From Chiloscyllium plagiosum (taxonomy: Eukaryota): a stretch of 59,540 nt of DNA. The position numbers and the translations under genes are program-made. This document shows positions 11,061-22,285 of the stretch, piece by piece. The stretch lies in assembly GCF_004010195.1 (NCBI RefSeq), contig NC_057750.1, positions 13,864,023 to 13,923,562 on the forward strand. Direction: 5' to 3'. How positions within the stretch are numbered: the first letter of the stretch is position 1; each line of letters opens with the position of its first letter. The notes under the pieces are model-generated. The model was not told the DNA's origin. It did not search any database and saw only the letters and a list, made by a program, of their open reading frames with translations.

Positions 11061-11984
11061 TAAAGACTCGAGGTTATTGTGTTTGCCTTTGCAGCTGCAT
11101 CAATTCATTTCTGTAGGCCAGTGGCTTAAGAAAGAGCAAGAATTATTTCTTTATTAACATTATTTCTTTATTTTTCCACTTTTATGTAAAAAAGACTGTA
11201 GAAAGGAACTTTTTAACTTATTTCTTTATTTCTGCAACTAAGATTTTGTACCTCAGATGGTGCCGTGTGTGGCAACAGTGTACACTGTTCTCATACTCCT
11301 GGATCCCACACTTGAATATATGTCAAATTAAAACCTAAATCCAGATCTAAAGCTAAATCATCAATCTGATTTAGAAATCCTGAACTTATAGTTCATTATA
11401 CCTGAAACTTTGTACCTGGCATCATAACAGAAACGTGAGTGACTTCAGCATTTACCAAATTGGGATTTTAAGCGTTAATGTGTCAGCTGGAATTAACTCT
11501 CAAGGGACGACGAGGTCTCTGCATGCTCGTGCGCTTCCAGCGAGAGAAATGGGTTCAAATAAATACATGAGTTGTGTGACCCTGGAGTGTGTCCAAGTTG
11601 AACAAACAATGGGACTTCTCATTTTCATTCTGACATAAATTACAATCAAAGAGGATGTTTTATTTGACTTAGACCTATCCTGATTAATGGCAAAGACCAA
11701 AGATGACTGGAGGTAGGACAAATTACAAATAAGCAAATCATCTATTTCACTGAAAGCCTTTCAAATTAAATTCCAGGGACCTCATTTTGAAGGAACAGAA
11801 GAGAGTTTGGATTTTGTGAACTCACAGTCTGAGTCATGTGTGGTCAGAGTATCAGTGCAGAAATCCCAGGATTAAACTTCGATGGGAAACATGTTATCTT
11901 GTAATTATGTGACACATCCAGCTTCCTCCCTGTCTTAGGCCTGACTGTCAATTTGCATCCTCAACGGTATTGGAAACCCACCTG

Positions 11985-12370
11985 TGAGCACGAAAACAGA
12001 CCCTTCGGTCCAACTTGTCCATGCTGTCCAGATATCCAAAATTAATCTAGTCCCGTTTGCCAGCACTTGGCCCATATCTCTGTAAATCTTTCCTATTCAT
12101 ATACCCATCCAGATGGTTTTTAAATGTTGTATTTGTACCAGCCTCCACCACTTCCTGTGGCAGCTCATTCCATACACCCAACACCCTCTGCAAGAAAGAA
12201 ATTACCCTTTCAGTCCCATTTAGATGTTTTCCCTCTCACCTGATCCCCATGCCCCTACCTGGGGAGAAAGACCTTTGCCTGTTCACCCTAGTCATGTCCC
12301 TCATGATTTTATAAACCTCTATAAGGTCACCCCTCAGTCTCCAGTGCTCTGGATATAACAGGCCCAGCCT
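11985..12370 (-). mobile_element. CR1 LINE 3' fragment
   Basis: Reverse of RGDLIEVYKIMR (CTCATGATTTTATAAACCTCTATAAGGTCACCCCTCAG) plus 3' UTR. Confidence 0.88.
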
Positions 12371-12419
12371 CTAAATGGACACAATGGGCCAAAAGACCTT
12401 TTCCCATGCAGTAATAAAT

Positions 12420-12722
12420 CATAGAATCCCTATAGTGTGGAGACAGGCCCTTTGGCCCAACAAGTCCACATCAACACTCTGAAGAGTAACCCACCAAACC
12501 CCTATCCTATGTTTACCCCTTACTAATGCACTTAACTACTCATCCCTGAACACTACAGGCAACTTAGCACATCCAATTCACCTAACCTGCACATCTTTGA
12601 ACTGTGGGAGGAAACCCACTCAGACAATGTTCAAACTCCACACAGACAGTCGCCTGAGGCTAGAATTAAACCCAGGTCCCTGTGAGGCATCTGTGCTAAC
12701 CACTGAGCCACCGTGCCACCCC
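12420..12722 (-). mobile_element. HE1-like V-SINE
   Basis: Head, V-domain and tail on minus strand. Confidence 0.85.
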
Positions 12723-12979
12723 TAACTTTGCAACTTTTCCCTGCTCTTTTAAGATTCTCTTTAAAATCTACCTCTTTGTCACAGTATTTGATCACCATGT
12801 CTTCCTAGTCTCTTATATTCCTTTGGGAAGAACTCTTGGCCTTGTGCTACCTTGAAAGTTAAATGCTACAGCTCATTTTGGAACGGAAGGTATGGGGAAT
12901 ATTTTGTCTGTATGTGTGTTAATCTTTCATGGGATGCGGGCATCGCTGCCAAAGCCAGGCCCATCCCTCAAATGCCCAA

Positions 12980-13282
12980 GGCAGGATTGACTGGTACGAG
13001 AAGTCATAGTTTGAAGATATTAGGAGGAAGGTATAAAGGAGACGTCAGAGGTAGGTTCTTTACACAGAGAGTTGTGAGTGCATGGAATGTGTTGCCAGCT
13101 GTGGTGGTGGAAGCGAAGTCATTGGGAATATTTAAGCGACTGCTGGACATGCACATGGATAGCAGTGAGTTGAGGAGTGCGTAGGTTAAATTACTCTATT
13201 TTACATTAGGATTAAACCACGGCACAACATCGTGGGCCAAAGGGCCTGTTCTGTGCTGTACTTGTCTATGTTCTATGTTCTA
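12980..13282 (+). mobile_element. CR1 LINE 3' fragment inserted into an older L2-tailed SINE
   Basis: TRSHSLKILGGRYKGDVRGRFFTQRVVSAWNVLP; (CTATGTT)n tail; AAATGCCC on both flanks. Confidence 0.88.
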
Positions 13283-13669
13283 AATGCCCCTGGACTGAGT
13301 GGCTTGCTCGGACATTTCAGAGGGCACTTCAGAATCACCCACATTGCTGTGGGTTTGGAATCACATGTAGACCAAACCGAATAGGTACAGCAGATCTCCT
13401 TCCCTGATGGTGTTTTAACCACAATTGATAGCAGTTTCATGGTCAGCATTAATGTGACCCGTTTCCAATTCCATAATCTTGTTAATTACATGGATATTTC
13501 ACTCATGCCTACTGAGGGATTTGTACCTATGTCCTTAGATAATTAGCTGGAGCCCCTGGATTATGAATCCAGTGAGGATTCAACTCACCCCACTGCCCCC
13601 TCCATTCCCCCCACCGCCCCTGATGCAAGTCAATATGATGCTGAATATCCCTTTCATTGAGACGTGCAG

Positions 13670-14345
13670 CAGGGATGGCTCAGTGGTAAGCACTGCTTTG
13701 GCTGATGGTCTGTGTGGAGTTTGCACTTTTTCCCCATGTCTGTGTGGGTTTCCTCTGGGTCCTCCAGTTTCCTTCCACAGCCCAAGGATGGTGTATACTT
13801 GGAAGCATGAGGGTGGATCTAATTGAAACTTACTGAACAGCCTGGACAGGGGGGATGTTGGGATGGCGTTTTCATGGGTAGGAGAGACTAGGGCCTGAGG
13901 GCACAGCCTTAGTTTAAAGAGAAATTTAGAATGGAAATTAAGAGAAGCTTCTTCAGCCAAAGAGTGGTGAATCTATGGAATTCATTGCCATAGATGGCTG
14001 TGGAGGCCAGGTCATTGAATACATTTAAGACTGAGATAGATAGGTTCTTGAGTATCAAGGGGATCAAGGGTTACAGGGAGAATGGGGTTGAGCAACTTAT
14101 CAGCCATGATTGAATGCCAGAGCAGATTTGATGGGCTGAATGACCTAATTTCTGCTCCTATGTCTTAAGGTCTTATAGGTTAAGTGGATTGGCCAAGCTA
14201 AATTGCCCATAGAGTCCAGGGATGTTCAGGCTAGATGGGTGAGCCATGGGAAATGCAGGATTTTACGATAGGGATGTACGTCTGGGTGAGATGCTCAGTG
14301 TAGACTCAATGGCCACATGGCCTGCTTCCACACTGTAGGGATTGG
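13670..14345 (+). mobile_element. HE1-like SINE interrupted by a CR1 3' fragment (~13795-14175)
   Basis: SINE head and V-domain end at ~13790 and resume AGGTTAAGTGGATTGGCC at ~14177; the insert has CR1 motif TTCTTCAGCCAAAGAGTGGTGAATCTATGGAAT. Confidence 0.82.
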
Positions 14346-14399
14346 ATAGGCACATTGCATTGTAGCTGTGAGACATAACACATCAGTTTTAATATTCTC

Positions 14400-14425
14400 C
14401 CTGGTTTATGTTTCTCTCCCTACAG
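14400..14425 (+). promoter_or_regulatory. Splice acceptor immediately upstream of the Gremlin ATG
   Basis: GTTTATGTTTCTCTCCCTACAG|CATG: polypyrimidine tract and AG one base before the ATG, as in vertebrate Gremlin genes whose whole CDS lies in one exon after a non-coding first exon. Confidence 0.85.
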
Positions 14426-14426
14426 C

Positions 14427-14915
14427 ATGTTTTACAGTATCCTGACATTATTAATAATTTCCGGCCTATCCTGCGCTGAAGAGACCACTGAACGTGGAGG
14501 GGCTCCCGGCGCAGTTCCGTCTCCGGGGAAAGGTCACCGTGGTGACGCGGGCCGGCCACGCAAGGCGAAGGACAAGGAAGCCATCTTGGATTCGAACCAA
14601 GCGCTGATCGTCACAGAGCGCCGGAACGTGCGGCGGGATTGGTGCAAGTCCCACCCGCTCACCCAGACGCTGAAGGAGGAGGGCTGCATCAGCCGCACCG
14701 TGATCAACCGCTTCTGCTACGGCCAGTGCAACTCGTTCTACATCCCGAGCCACGAGCACGGCGGGGAGCCCTTCCGCTCCTGCTCCTTCTGCAAGCCCAA
14801 GAAGTTCAACAGCGTCACCGTCACCTTCAACTGCCCCAGCCTCCGGCCTCCATCGAAACGCAGAAGGATCCAACTGGTGAAGGATTGCCGCTGCATCTCC
14901 ATAGACTTGGATTAA
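14427..14915 (+). CDS. Gremlin-like DAN-family secreted BMP antagonist (162 aa), divergent; possibly GREM3-type paralog
   Basis: Hydrophobic N-terminal signal peptide; DAN cystine-knot domain with 9 Cys (RDWCK, EEGC.SRT.INRFCYGQCNSFYIP, SCSFCKPKKF, NCP, CRC); C-terminus CISIDLD like GREM1; intact ORF with acceptor at -1. Family certain, paralog identity uncertain. Confidence 0.95.
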   Translation: MFYSILTLLIISGLSCAEETTERGGAPGAVPSPGKGHRGDAGRPRKAKDKEAILDSNQALIVTERRNVRRDWCKSHPLTQTLKEEGCISRTVINRFCYGQCNSFYIPSHEHGGEPFRSCSFCKPKKFNSVTVTFNCPSLRPPSKRRRIQLVKDCRCISIDLD

Positions 14916-14932
14916 AGGGGGCGGGGGGGGGT

Positions 14933-14953
14933 NNNNNNNNNNNNNNNNNNNNN
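14933..14953. other. Assembly gap (N run)
   Basis: 21 N following a G-run. Confidence 1.
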
Positions 14954-15564
14954 AGTCTGGGGGCGGTGGGCGGTGTCGTTTTCTAAAGGGGTTGGGGGTG
15001 GTGCACGGGGATGGGGTGGAGAGCTGGGAGGGGAGCGGAGGGTAGGAGTCATCGGAAAGCTTGCTGTCTGTTTTCAGAATAGCACTTTACAAACCTGGGG
15101 CTGTTGGCGCAGCGGCGGGCGGGGAGTAAAAGCCGAGGTGGGTCGGAGCACCACCCTGCACACATTGGCAACTGTGTAAAGACATCCCGTTAACTTATGT
15201 CAATGTTAAATCCGTGTCGAAAAGAGTCTAGTAAGCGTTTCTTGCCAGCGTGTTGATGTGCCATGGAAGGATTGCCATTGGTAGGTCAAAGAGAGAGAGA
15301 GAGACAAGTCATTCTAAGATATGTATTTATGATTGAAAAGCAAACTTTTTTTTTAACAGTCGAGTTGGTCCTATCAAGGTACTTCTGAGCGTTCTCTCCA
15401 GCTTCCCTGTGAAGGACTCCAGAGCACTTGCTCAAGACCTGCTGAACATACGCTGAGTTCAATTTCACACCATGCTTTTAACCTTTTGCGAACGTGCGGC
15501 TCTATATTGTCCTTCTGATGCTGTGAGGGGATTGCTGTGCTGTCATTTGAGATCATAAATAGTT

Positions 15565-15570
15565 AATAAA
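15565..15570 (+). promoter_or_regulatory. Candidate polyadenylation signal for the Gremlin transcript
   Basis: AATAAA at the end of ~650 bp of non-repetitive sequence after the stop, just before repeats resume. Confidence 0.45.
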
Positions 15571-15859
15571 TGCAAACTACTTATTTTCGAAGTGAGGATG
15601 TCCTGTCCATGCCTTCGATGGGATTCGCTATGGTCTCAGCGCGCAACTCTTGAATTGGAGGCTTGTTTTATTCTTAGGCCCGGGAAGATAAACGTCCGCT
15701 TAAATGACTCCGGTCCATTGCAGGGATTTTACTGGATGCGACGGGTGGCCAGTCTGACTAATGGGCACCCCTTATTTTTAAACAGTGACCCCCAGTTGTA
15801 CATTCTCCCACAAGCAGGGACATAATTTCCACAACCATCCCATCAGTATGGAAGCAGGC

Positions 15860-16530
15860 CAGTTGAAACAGAGATGGGGAGAATAATTTTCTCTCAGATG
15901 GCTGTGAGTCTTCCTCAAAAGGCAGTGGATGCCGGATCTTTAAATATTATTAAGGCAGAGGGAGAGAGATTCTTGATGACCGAGGGGTGAAAGATCATCA
16001 AGGGGTGTGCAGGAATGTAGAGTCGAGGTTAAAATCAGACCAGCCACGATCTAATTGAATGGCGCAGCAGGTTTGAAAGGCCAAGCTGTCTCCTCTTATT
16101 CCCTGTTTGTATGTTCGTGTTAGTCAGACTGGCCATTTAGCCCATCAAATCCACACTGACCCTTCAAAGCACATCCCTCCTCATTCCCCATGCATTTCTC
16201 ATGGCTAATCCCCCCAGGTTGCATACCTCTGGATACATGGCCAGTCCACCTAACTGCACATCTTTTGACTGTGGGAGGAGACCACAACACCTGAAGGAAA
16301 CCCATAGGGAGAACATACAAACTCCACACGGATAGGCCAAGGTCAGGTTGTGAAGTATATTCAAAGCTGAGTTAGATTTTTAATTGGCAAGGGAATCGAT
16401 AGTCAGGGGGGAATTGCAGGAGAAGTGGAGATGAGGATTATCAGATCGGCCACAATCTCATCGAATGGCAGAGCCGACCAAGCGGGCTGAATGGCCTACC
16501 ATTGCTCCTACATCTCATCATCTTATGGCC
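15860..16530. mobile_element. CR1 3' fragments (+, ~15860-16118 and ~16350-16530) flanking a partial HE1-like SINE (-, ~16120-16335)
   Basis: CR1 3' UTR motifs (ATCAGACCAGCCACGATCTAATTGAATGGCG; GGGCTGAATGGCCTAC); reversed SINE V-domain remnant. Confidence 0.75.
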
Positions 16531-16721
16531 GAAGAGGTAAAAACAGAAAGGATATCATCCGGCGAATTGTTCCTCAATTGTCTGCTGTCCGAAAAACAAG
16601 TACCGAAACAGAAAAACAAGGTAGTATCGCTGCGCATTCGAAGGTACAAGGTTATGGCTCCAGTCCCTACGGAGGTGTGAGTTTGTGTCACATTCCTTCT
16701 GAGAAAAAGTTATGCTGCATT

Positions 16722-17045
16722 GTGGATGATTCAGTGGTTAGCACTGCTGCCTCACAGCACCAGGGACCTGGGTTCGATTCCAGCCTCGGGCGACAGTCTG
16801 TGTGAAGTTTGCACATTCTCCCCGTGTCTGTGAGGGTTCCCTCTGGGTGCTTCGGTTTCCTCCCACAATCCAAAGATGTGCAGGTCAGGGTGGATTGGCC
16901 ATGCTACATTGCCCATAGTGTCCAGGGATGCATAAGCTAGGTGGATTAGCCATGGGGCTTGCAGGGGGATAGGGTGGGTTTCTCTTTGGAGGGTCAGTGT
17001 GAACGCATGGGGCCAAATGGCCTGTTTCTACATTATAGAGATGTC
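16722..17045 (+). mobile_element. HE1-like V-SINE
   Basis: CAGTGGTTAGCACTGCTGCCTCACAGCACCAGGGACCTGGGTTCGATTCC head and V-domain. Confidence 0.88.
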
Positions 17046-17059
17046 ATGGAAAGGACAAA

Positions 17060-18575
17060 AAAAACTGCAGATGTTGGAATCCAAAGTAGACAGGCAGGAG
17101 GTTGGGGGAACACAGCAAGGCAGGCAGTATCAGGAGGGTCAGGCAGGAGGCTGGGGGAACACAGCAAGGCAGGCAGCATCAGGAGGGACAGGCAGGAGGC
17201 TGGGGGAACACAGCAAGGCAGGCAGTGTCAGGAGGGACAGGCAGGAGGTTGGGGGAACACAGCAAGGCAGGCAGTATCAGGAGGGACAGGCAGGAGGCTG
17301 GGGGAACACAGCAAGGCAGGCAGCATCAGGAGGTGCAGAAGTCGATGCAACATTGAGTTTCTTAATTTCAAATAACCTCCCTTCCCAGCCGCCGACTCCC
17401 TTCCCAGCCCCTCCCCCTCCCTTCCACTCCTCCCAGCCACCAACCGGATTCATTCCTCCCATCGACCAACCAGGTTGTACCCTCTATCTGTCTTCACCTA
17501 TCCCCACTTCACCACTCTGCCCCCGCCAGCCCCTTTATCTGCAGCTCACCCCGACACCAACCACCCCCCCCCCCAGTCCTGAAGATGGATTAACCTGAAA
17601 CGTCGACTTCTCCACCTCCTGATGCTGCCTGCCTTGCTGTGTTCCCCCAGCCTCCTGCCTGTCCCTCCTGATGCTGCCTGCCTTGCTGTGACCCCCAGCC
17701 TCCTGCCTGTCCCTCCTGATGCTGCCTGCCTTGCTGTGACCCCCAGCCTCCTGCCTGTCCCTCCTGATGCTGCCTGACTTGCTGTGTCCTCACAGCCCCC
17801 TGCCTGTCCCTCCTGATGCTGCCTGACTTGCTGTGTCCTCACAGCCCCCTGCCTGTCCCTCCTGATGCTGCCTGACTTGCTGTGTCCTCACAGCCCCCTG
17901 CCTGTCCCTCCTGATGCTGCCTGCCTTGCTGTGTTCCCCCAGCCTCCTGCCTGTCCCTCCTGATGCTGCCTGCCTTGCTGTGTTCCCCCAGCCTCCTGCC
18001 TGTCCCTCCTGATGCTGCCTGCCTTGCTGTGTTCCCCCAGCCTCCTGCCTGTCCCTCCTGATGCTGCCTGCCTTGCTGTGTTCCCCCAGCCTCCTGCCTG
18101 TCCCTCCTGATGCTGCCTGCCTTGCTGTGTTCCCCCAGCCTCCTGCCTGTCCCTCCTGATGCTGCCTGCCTTGCTGTGTTCCCCCAGCCTCCTGCCTGTC
18201 CCTCCTGATGCTGCCTGCCTTGCTGTGTTCCCCCAGCCTCCTGCCTGTCCCTCCTGATGCTGCAACACACTGCAGATGCTGGAATCCAAAGTGGACAGGC
18301 AGCATCGGGAGGGACAGGCAGGAGGTTGGCTGATGCTGCCTGCCTTGCTGTGTTCCTCCAGCCTCCTGCCTGTCCCTCCTGACACTGCCTGCCTTGCTGT
18401 GTTCCCCCAGCCTCCTGCCTGTCCCTCCTGATGCTGCCTGCCTTGCTGTGTTCCTCCAGCCTCCTGCCTGTCCCTCCTGACACTGCCTGCCTTGCTGTGT
18501 TCCCCCAGCCTCCTGCCTGTCCCTCCTGATGCTGCCTGCCTTGCTGTGTTCCTCCAGTCTCCTGCCTGTCTACTG
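17060..18575. repeat. PLE 3'-end remnant expanded into 49-bp minisatellite arrays in both orientations
   Basis: Unit CCTCCTGATGCTGCCTGCCTTGCTGTGTTCCCCCAGCCTCCTGCCTGTC: ~5 reversed units at 17090-17335, ~13 at 17615-18262, ~5 at 18330-18572; PLE-type C-rich 3' UTR at 17350-17575 and hammerhead-like motif at 17576-17607. Confidence 0.88.
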
Positions 18576-19559
18576 AGGTTCTATGGAAAGCTGATAACTT
18601 TGAAATAAGATATTGTCCTTTGCTTTTGGAAGTGAAGCTACTAACTGTGATTAAATCTATTCCTGGAGGTTTTTTATTACTCAATCTCCTCCCCTGCCTC
18701 ATCCACCGTCCAACCATTGGTCAGCCAACACATCAATGTTTCTGATACGCTGCCTTCCTACACCAGTTAGAAAACAGAAGGACTTCATATCCAATAGGAC
18801 CATCAGCGAAACAGTTTTTATCCCATTTTCACTAGGTCATGATCCAGAGATGAGAGGTGTTCAAAGACAAGGAAAAACAGAAAAGTATTTAGTGTTCGGA
18901 TGACAGGGTTGCACATCATGGAAATGGACCTTCAGACTTGGACACTCTTAATGCAATCGTCCAGGGGTTTGGTGATACCACCCTGGGGACAGTACCTGCA
19001 GTTTCTGTTCCTATGTCAAAGAGACACCATGGAGGTATTGCAATGACAGGCTTCAGTCGTATTTACAGAATGGATTGTTCTGTTAGTGAGGTTGCACTGC
19101 ATTAACCGATACTGTGTGGAGTTTACAACAATAGGTGGTGACCTTGTTTAGGTTCTGAGGGGCTGTGTTGGTCGCCTTCCTTCCCACTTATTAATGGGAG
19201 ATAGGCATCACTGGGAAGATCAGGATTTGTTATCCAACCCTTAATTGCCCGGTGACTGAACGGCTCGCTCAGCCATTTTAGAGTGTATTAAGAAGCAACA
19301 TGCTTTGCTGGAGTCATAGAGTCCTACAGCATGGAGACAGGCCGTTTGGCCCAAACTGGTCCATGTGTAGGCCAGACTGGGTACAGACAACAGGTTCCCT
19401 TCCTGAACAGATATGAGTGAACCAGATGAGTCCTTACAATAATCAATGATTGCTTCAAGGTTGCCATGACCGAAAATAGATGGACGTTCAAATAAAAAGT
19501 CTGGACCCAGAGGGAAAAAAGAAGGAAAAAAGGCACCAGTAATGCTTTGAAATTGTTTG

Positions 19560-20106
19560 GAGGTAATGGTCCAGTGGTATTATTACTAGACTGTCAAATC
19601 AGAGGCCCACATAATGGGCTGGGGACCTGGGTTCATAATCCTGCCATGGCAGATTGTGGAATTTAAATCGAAAAAAAATCGGAATGAAAAGTCTCACCAT
19701 GACCATGAATTGATTGTCAGGCAAAATCCGTGGAGCAGGAGAATTGACGTTTCGGGAAAGAACCTTTCATCAGGAATGAGGTCTCAATCCTGATGAAGGG
19801 CTCTCGCCAACGTTGACTCTCCTGCTCCTCAGATGCTGCCTGACTGGCTATGCTTTTCCAGCACCATGCTCTCAGCTCTGATACTTCAACATCTGCAGTC
19901 CCCACTTTCTCCCTGTTAGGAGAAATCCATCCAGCTCACCAATGTCCTTCAGGGAGGGAAACTACTGTCCTTACTGAGTCTAGCCTACATGTGACTCCAG
20001 ATCCACATCAATGTGGTTGACTCTTAGCTGCCCTCTGGGCAATTTGGGATGGGTAATAAATGCTGGGCCCAGCCAAAGATGTCAATGTCCCATGAATGAA
20101 TAAAAA
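19560..20106 (+). mobile_element. tRNA-derived SINE with L2-type tail, interrupted by a PLE family A hairpin (~19718-19913)
   Basis: Head ...CTGGGTTCATAATCCTGCCATGGCAG; tail GGGCAATTTGGGATGGGTAATAAATGCTGG...CCCATGAATGAAT; reverse copies at ~9535-9785, ~13283-13580, ~19185-19480 and ~23010-23360. Confidence 0.7.
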
Positions 20107-20924
20107 TGTCATGGGGCATTGTTCGAAGGTGTGCAAAGCAAGTTGAATTATTTGTGTATTCCATGTGTATTTTTCTCCCCTTCTGGCACAATGGGATATT
20201 AACCCATATCCCCAGAGCTCTGAATCGCTTGTTAGTCAACATTAACGATGGCAGAGCAGACAATGAGATTAATTTCCCGACAGTTACTGAGTGCGGAACC
20301 AGTAGATAGTGTCTCAGGATGAAGGAATGGCCATTTAAGACTGAGATGAGGAGGAAGCTCCTCTTTAAGACACCTGCCAAAGCAACTTTGTCATTGAGCA
20401 TATGAAACCAATACCAACAGAAAGTGACATTAACATCAACTCTTAATGAATACTAGACAGCCTGAGTGACCCATCCTCCCAGTTCTGATATTTTAAGTTC
20501 AGAATATCATCTGTTTGTCGATCTGGTTTTAGACTGGGTTTGACAGTGGAATGCATACATTTAAACAAAATCTTTCTGTCCAGCTTTCAAGAGTTTTATG
20601 CACTCATTATTCTGACAAGTTATATGGAACTGCACAACATGTATTCATCCTGATTATTGGTGGGCTGGATTTGGGATGTTGGTTTGGAATCCCAGAGGAA
20701 TTTTATAAAGTCCAAACAATTAGAAGTCACATGTTCCAAAAGATAATTTCTACTAGTTACAATAAATTCCAGATTTGTGATAGCAAGAGTGAGGTTCCTG
20801 GCTTTACAAATGGACTCTCTAGTTATAAACCCGTATTGGTAGTCCATTGCTAATTGCCCTTGAGAAAATGGTGGTGAGTCACTTTCTTGTACTACTGCAG
20901 CCCATCTGGTGTCAAACAGGATTT

Positions 20925-21147
20925 TAACTTTAATCCTAACCCTAACCCTAACCCTGACCCTAACTTTAACCCTAAACCTAACCCTAACTCTAACCCTAAT
21001 CCTAACCTTAACCCTAATCCTAACCCCAACACTAACCCTAATACTAATCTTAACCCTAACCTTAACCCAAGCCCTAACCCTAAGCTTAATTCTAACTCTA
21101 ACTCTAACTCTAATCCTAACCCTAACGCAAACTCCAACCCTAACCCA
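20925..21147. repeat. Degenerate interstitial telomere-like repeat (CCCTAA)n
   Basis: About 37 hexamers such as CCTAACCCTAACCCTGACCCTAACTTTAAC. Confidence 0.9.
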
Positions 21148-21154
21148 GCAATGA

Positions 21155-21430
21155 TAGAGGGTGAGCAGAGAAAAATTTAATGAGATCTAAGGGGCAACCT
21201 TTTCACTCAGAGGGTGGTGTGTGTATGGAATGAACTGCCAGAGGAAGTGATGGAGGCTGCTTCAATTACGACATTTAAAAGATATCTGGATGTGTAAATG
21301 AATGGGAAGGATTTGGAGGGATATGGGCCAAGTGCTGGCAAATGGGACTAGATTAGGCTAGGATATCTGGTGAGCATGGACGAGTTGGACCGAAGGGTCT
21401 GTTCTGGGCTGTACATCTCTATGATTCTAA
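21155..21430 (+). mobile_element. CR1 LINE 3' fragment
   Basis: TTCACTCAGAGGGTGGTGTGTGTATGGAATGAACTGCC and 3' UTR ending CTCTATGATTCTA. Confidence 0.88.
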
Positions 21431-21559
21431 ATAGTTTGAGTCAGAATGGTGTGTGGCCTGGAGGTGGAGACAGTTACGACACCCTTACGTCCTACTGCCT
21501 GGTAAAGGTAACGGGAGTTCTTTAGAAGAAGCCTTGGTGAGTCACAGTCCCTCTCGTAG

Positions 21560-21712
21560 ACAAGGTCAGAAGTCACAAGACTTCACCTGATGCAGGAACA
21601 GCACTCTGAAAACTTGTGATTTCAAATAAGTCTGTTGGACTATAGCCTGGTGTCATGTGATTTCTGACCTTGTCCATCCCTTGTCCATCAACACTGGCAC
21701 CTCCACATCATG
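21560..21712. mobile_element. PLE family B inverted insertion
   Basis: CACCTGATGCAGGAACAGCACTCTGAAAACTTGTG (degenerate hammerhead) plus family B terminus; TCTCGTAGACA / TCTTGTAGACA flanks. Confidence 0.7.
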
Positions 21713-21837
21713 GCTATCTCTTGTAGACAGGTGGTAGAGGGATAGGATGTTGATGATGGCGGACAGGCTACCAATCATATTGGCCTGTCTTCCTGGGTCA
21801 ATAGATTGTCCTCCATAACATTTCTCTTGATTTACAT

Positions 21838-22285
21838 AGGACCATGGTGGCTCAGTGGGTAGCACTGCTATCTCAGGGACCCAGGTTGGATTCCTCATAC
21901 ATGTGCATACATGTGCATCCCTATGTTTGCATTGGTTTACGCTGGGTGCTCCGGTTTCCTCACATAGTCCAAAGATGGGGCGGCACGGTAGCTCAGTGGT
22001 TAGCACTGCTGCTTCACAGCACCAGGGACCCAGGTTCAATTCCAGCCTCGGGTGACTGTCTGTGTGAAGTTTGCACATTCTCCCCGTGTCTGCGTGGGTT
22101 TCCTCCGGGTGCTCCGGTTTCCTCCCACAGACCAAAGATGTGCAGGTCCAGGTGAATTGGCCAAAGTGTTAGGTGCATTAGTCAGAGGGAGATGGGTCTG
22201 GTTGGATTGCGCTTCAGAGGGTCAGTGTGGACTTGTTGTGCCAAAGAGCTTGTTTCCACACTTTCGGGAATCTAATCTAATCTAA
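21838..22285 (+). mobile_element. Partial SINE head followed by a full HE1-like V-SINE (21977-22285)
   Basis: GGGGCGGCACGGTAGCTCAGTGGTTAGCAC, V-domain, (TCTAA)n tail. Confidence 0.88.

Noticed and set aside
11400..11440. Donor-like AAAC|GTGAGT as the end of Gremlin non-coding exon 1
   Set aside because: Plausible position but no promoter or CpG support; cannot be distinguished from a random match.
14466..14986. Antisense and alternate-frame ORFs over Gremlin
   Set aside because: Shadow ORFs of a GC-rich coding exon; no independent features.
16959..18717. Long ORFs (up to 292 aa) with GGTQQGRQHQEGQAGG repeats
   Set aside because: Artefacts of a stop-free 49-bp minisatellite read in rotating frames.
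20887..21180. NPNPNP, LGLGL and LTLTL ORFs
   Set aside because: Translations of the telomere-like hexamer repeat.
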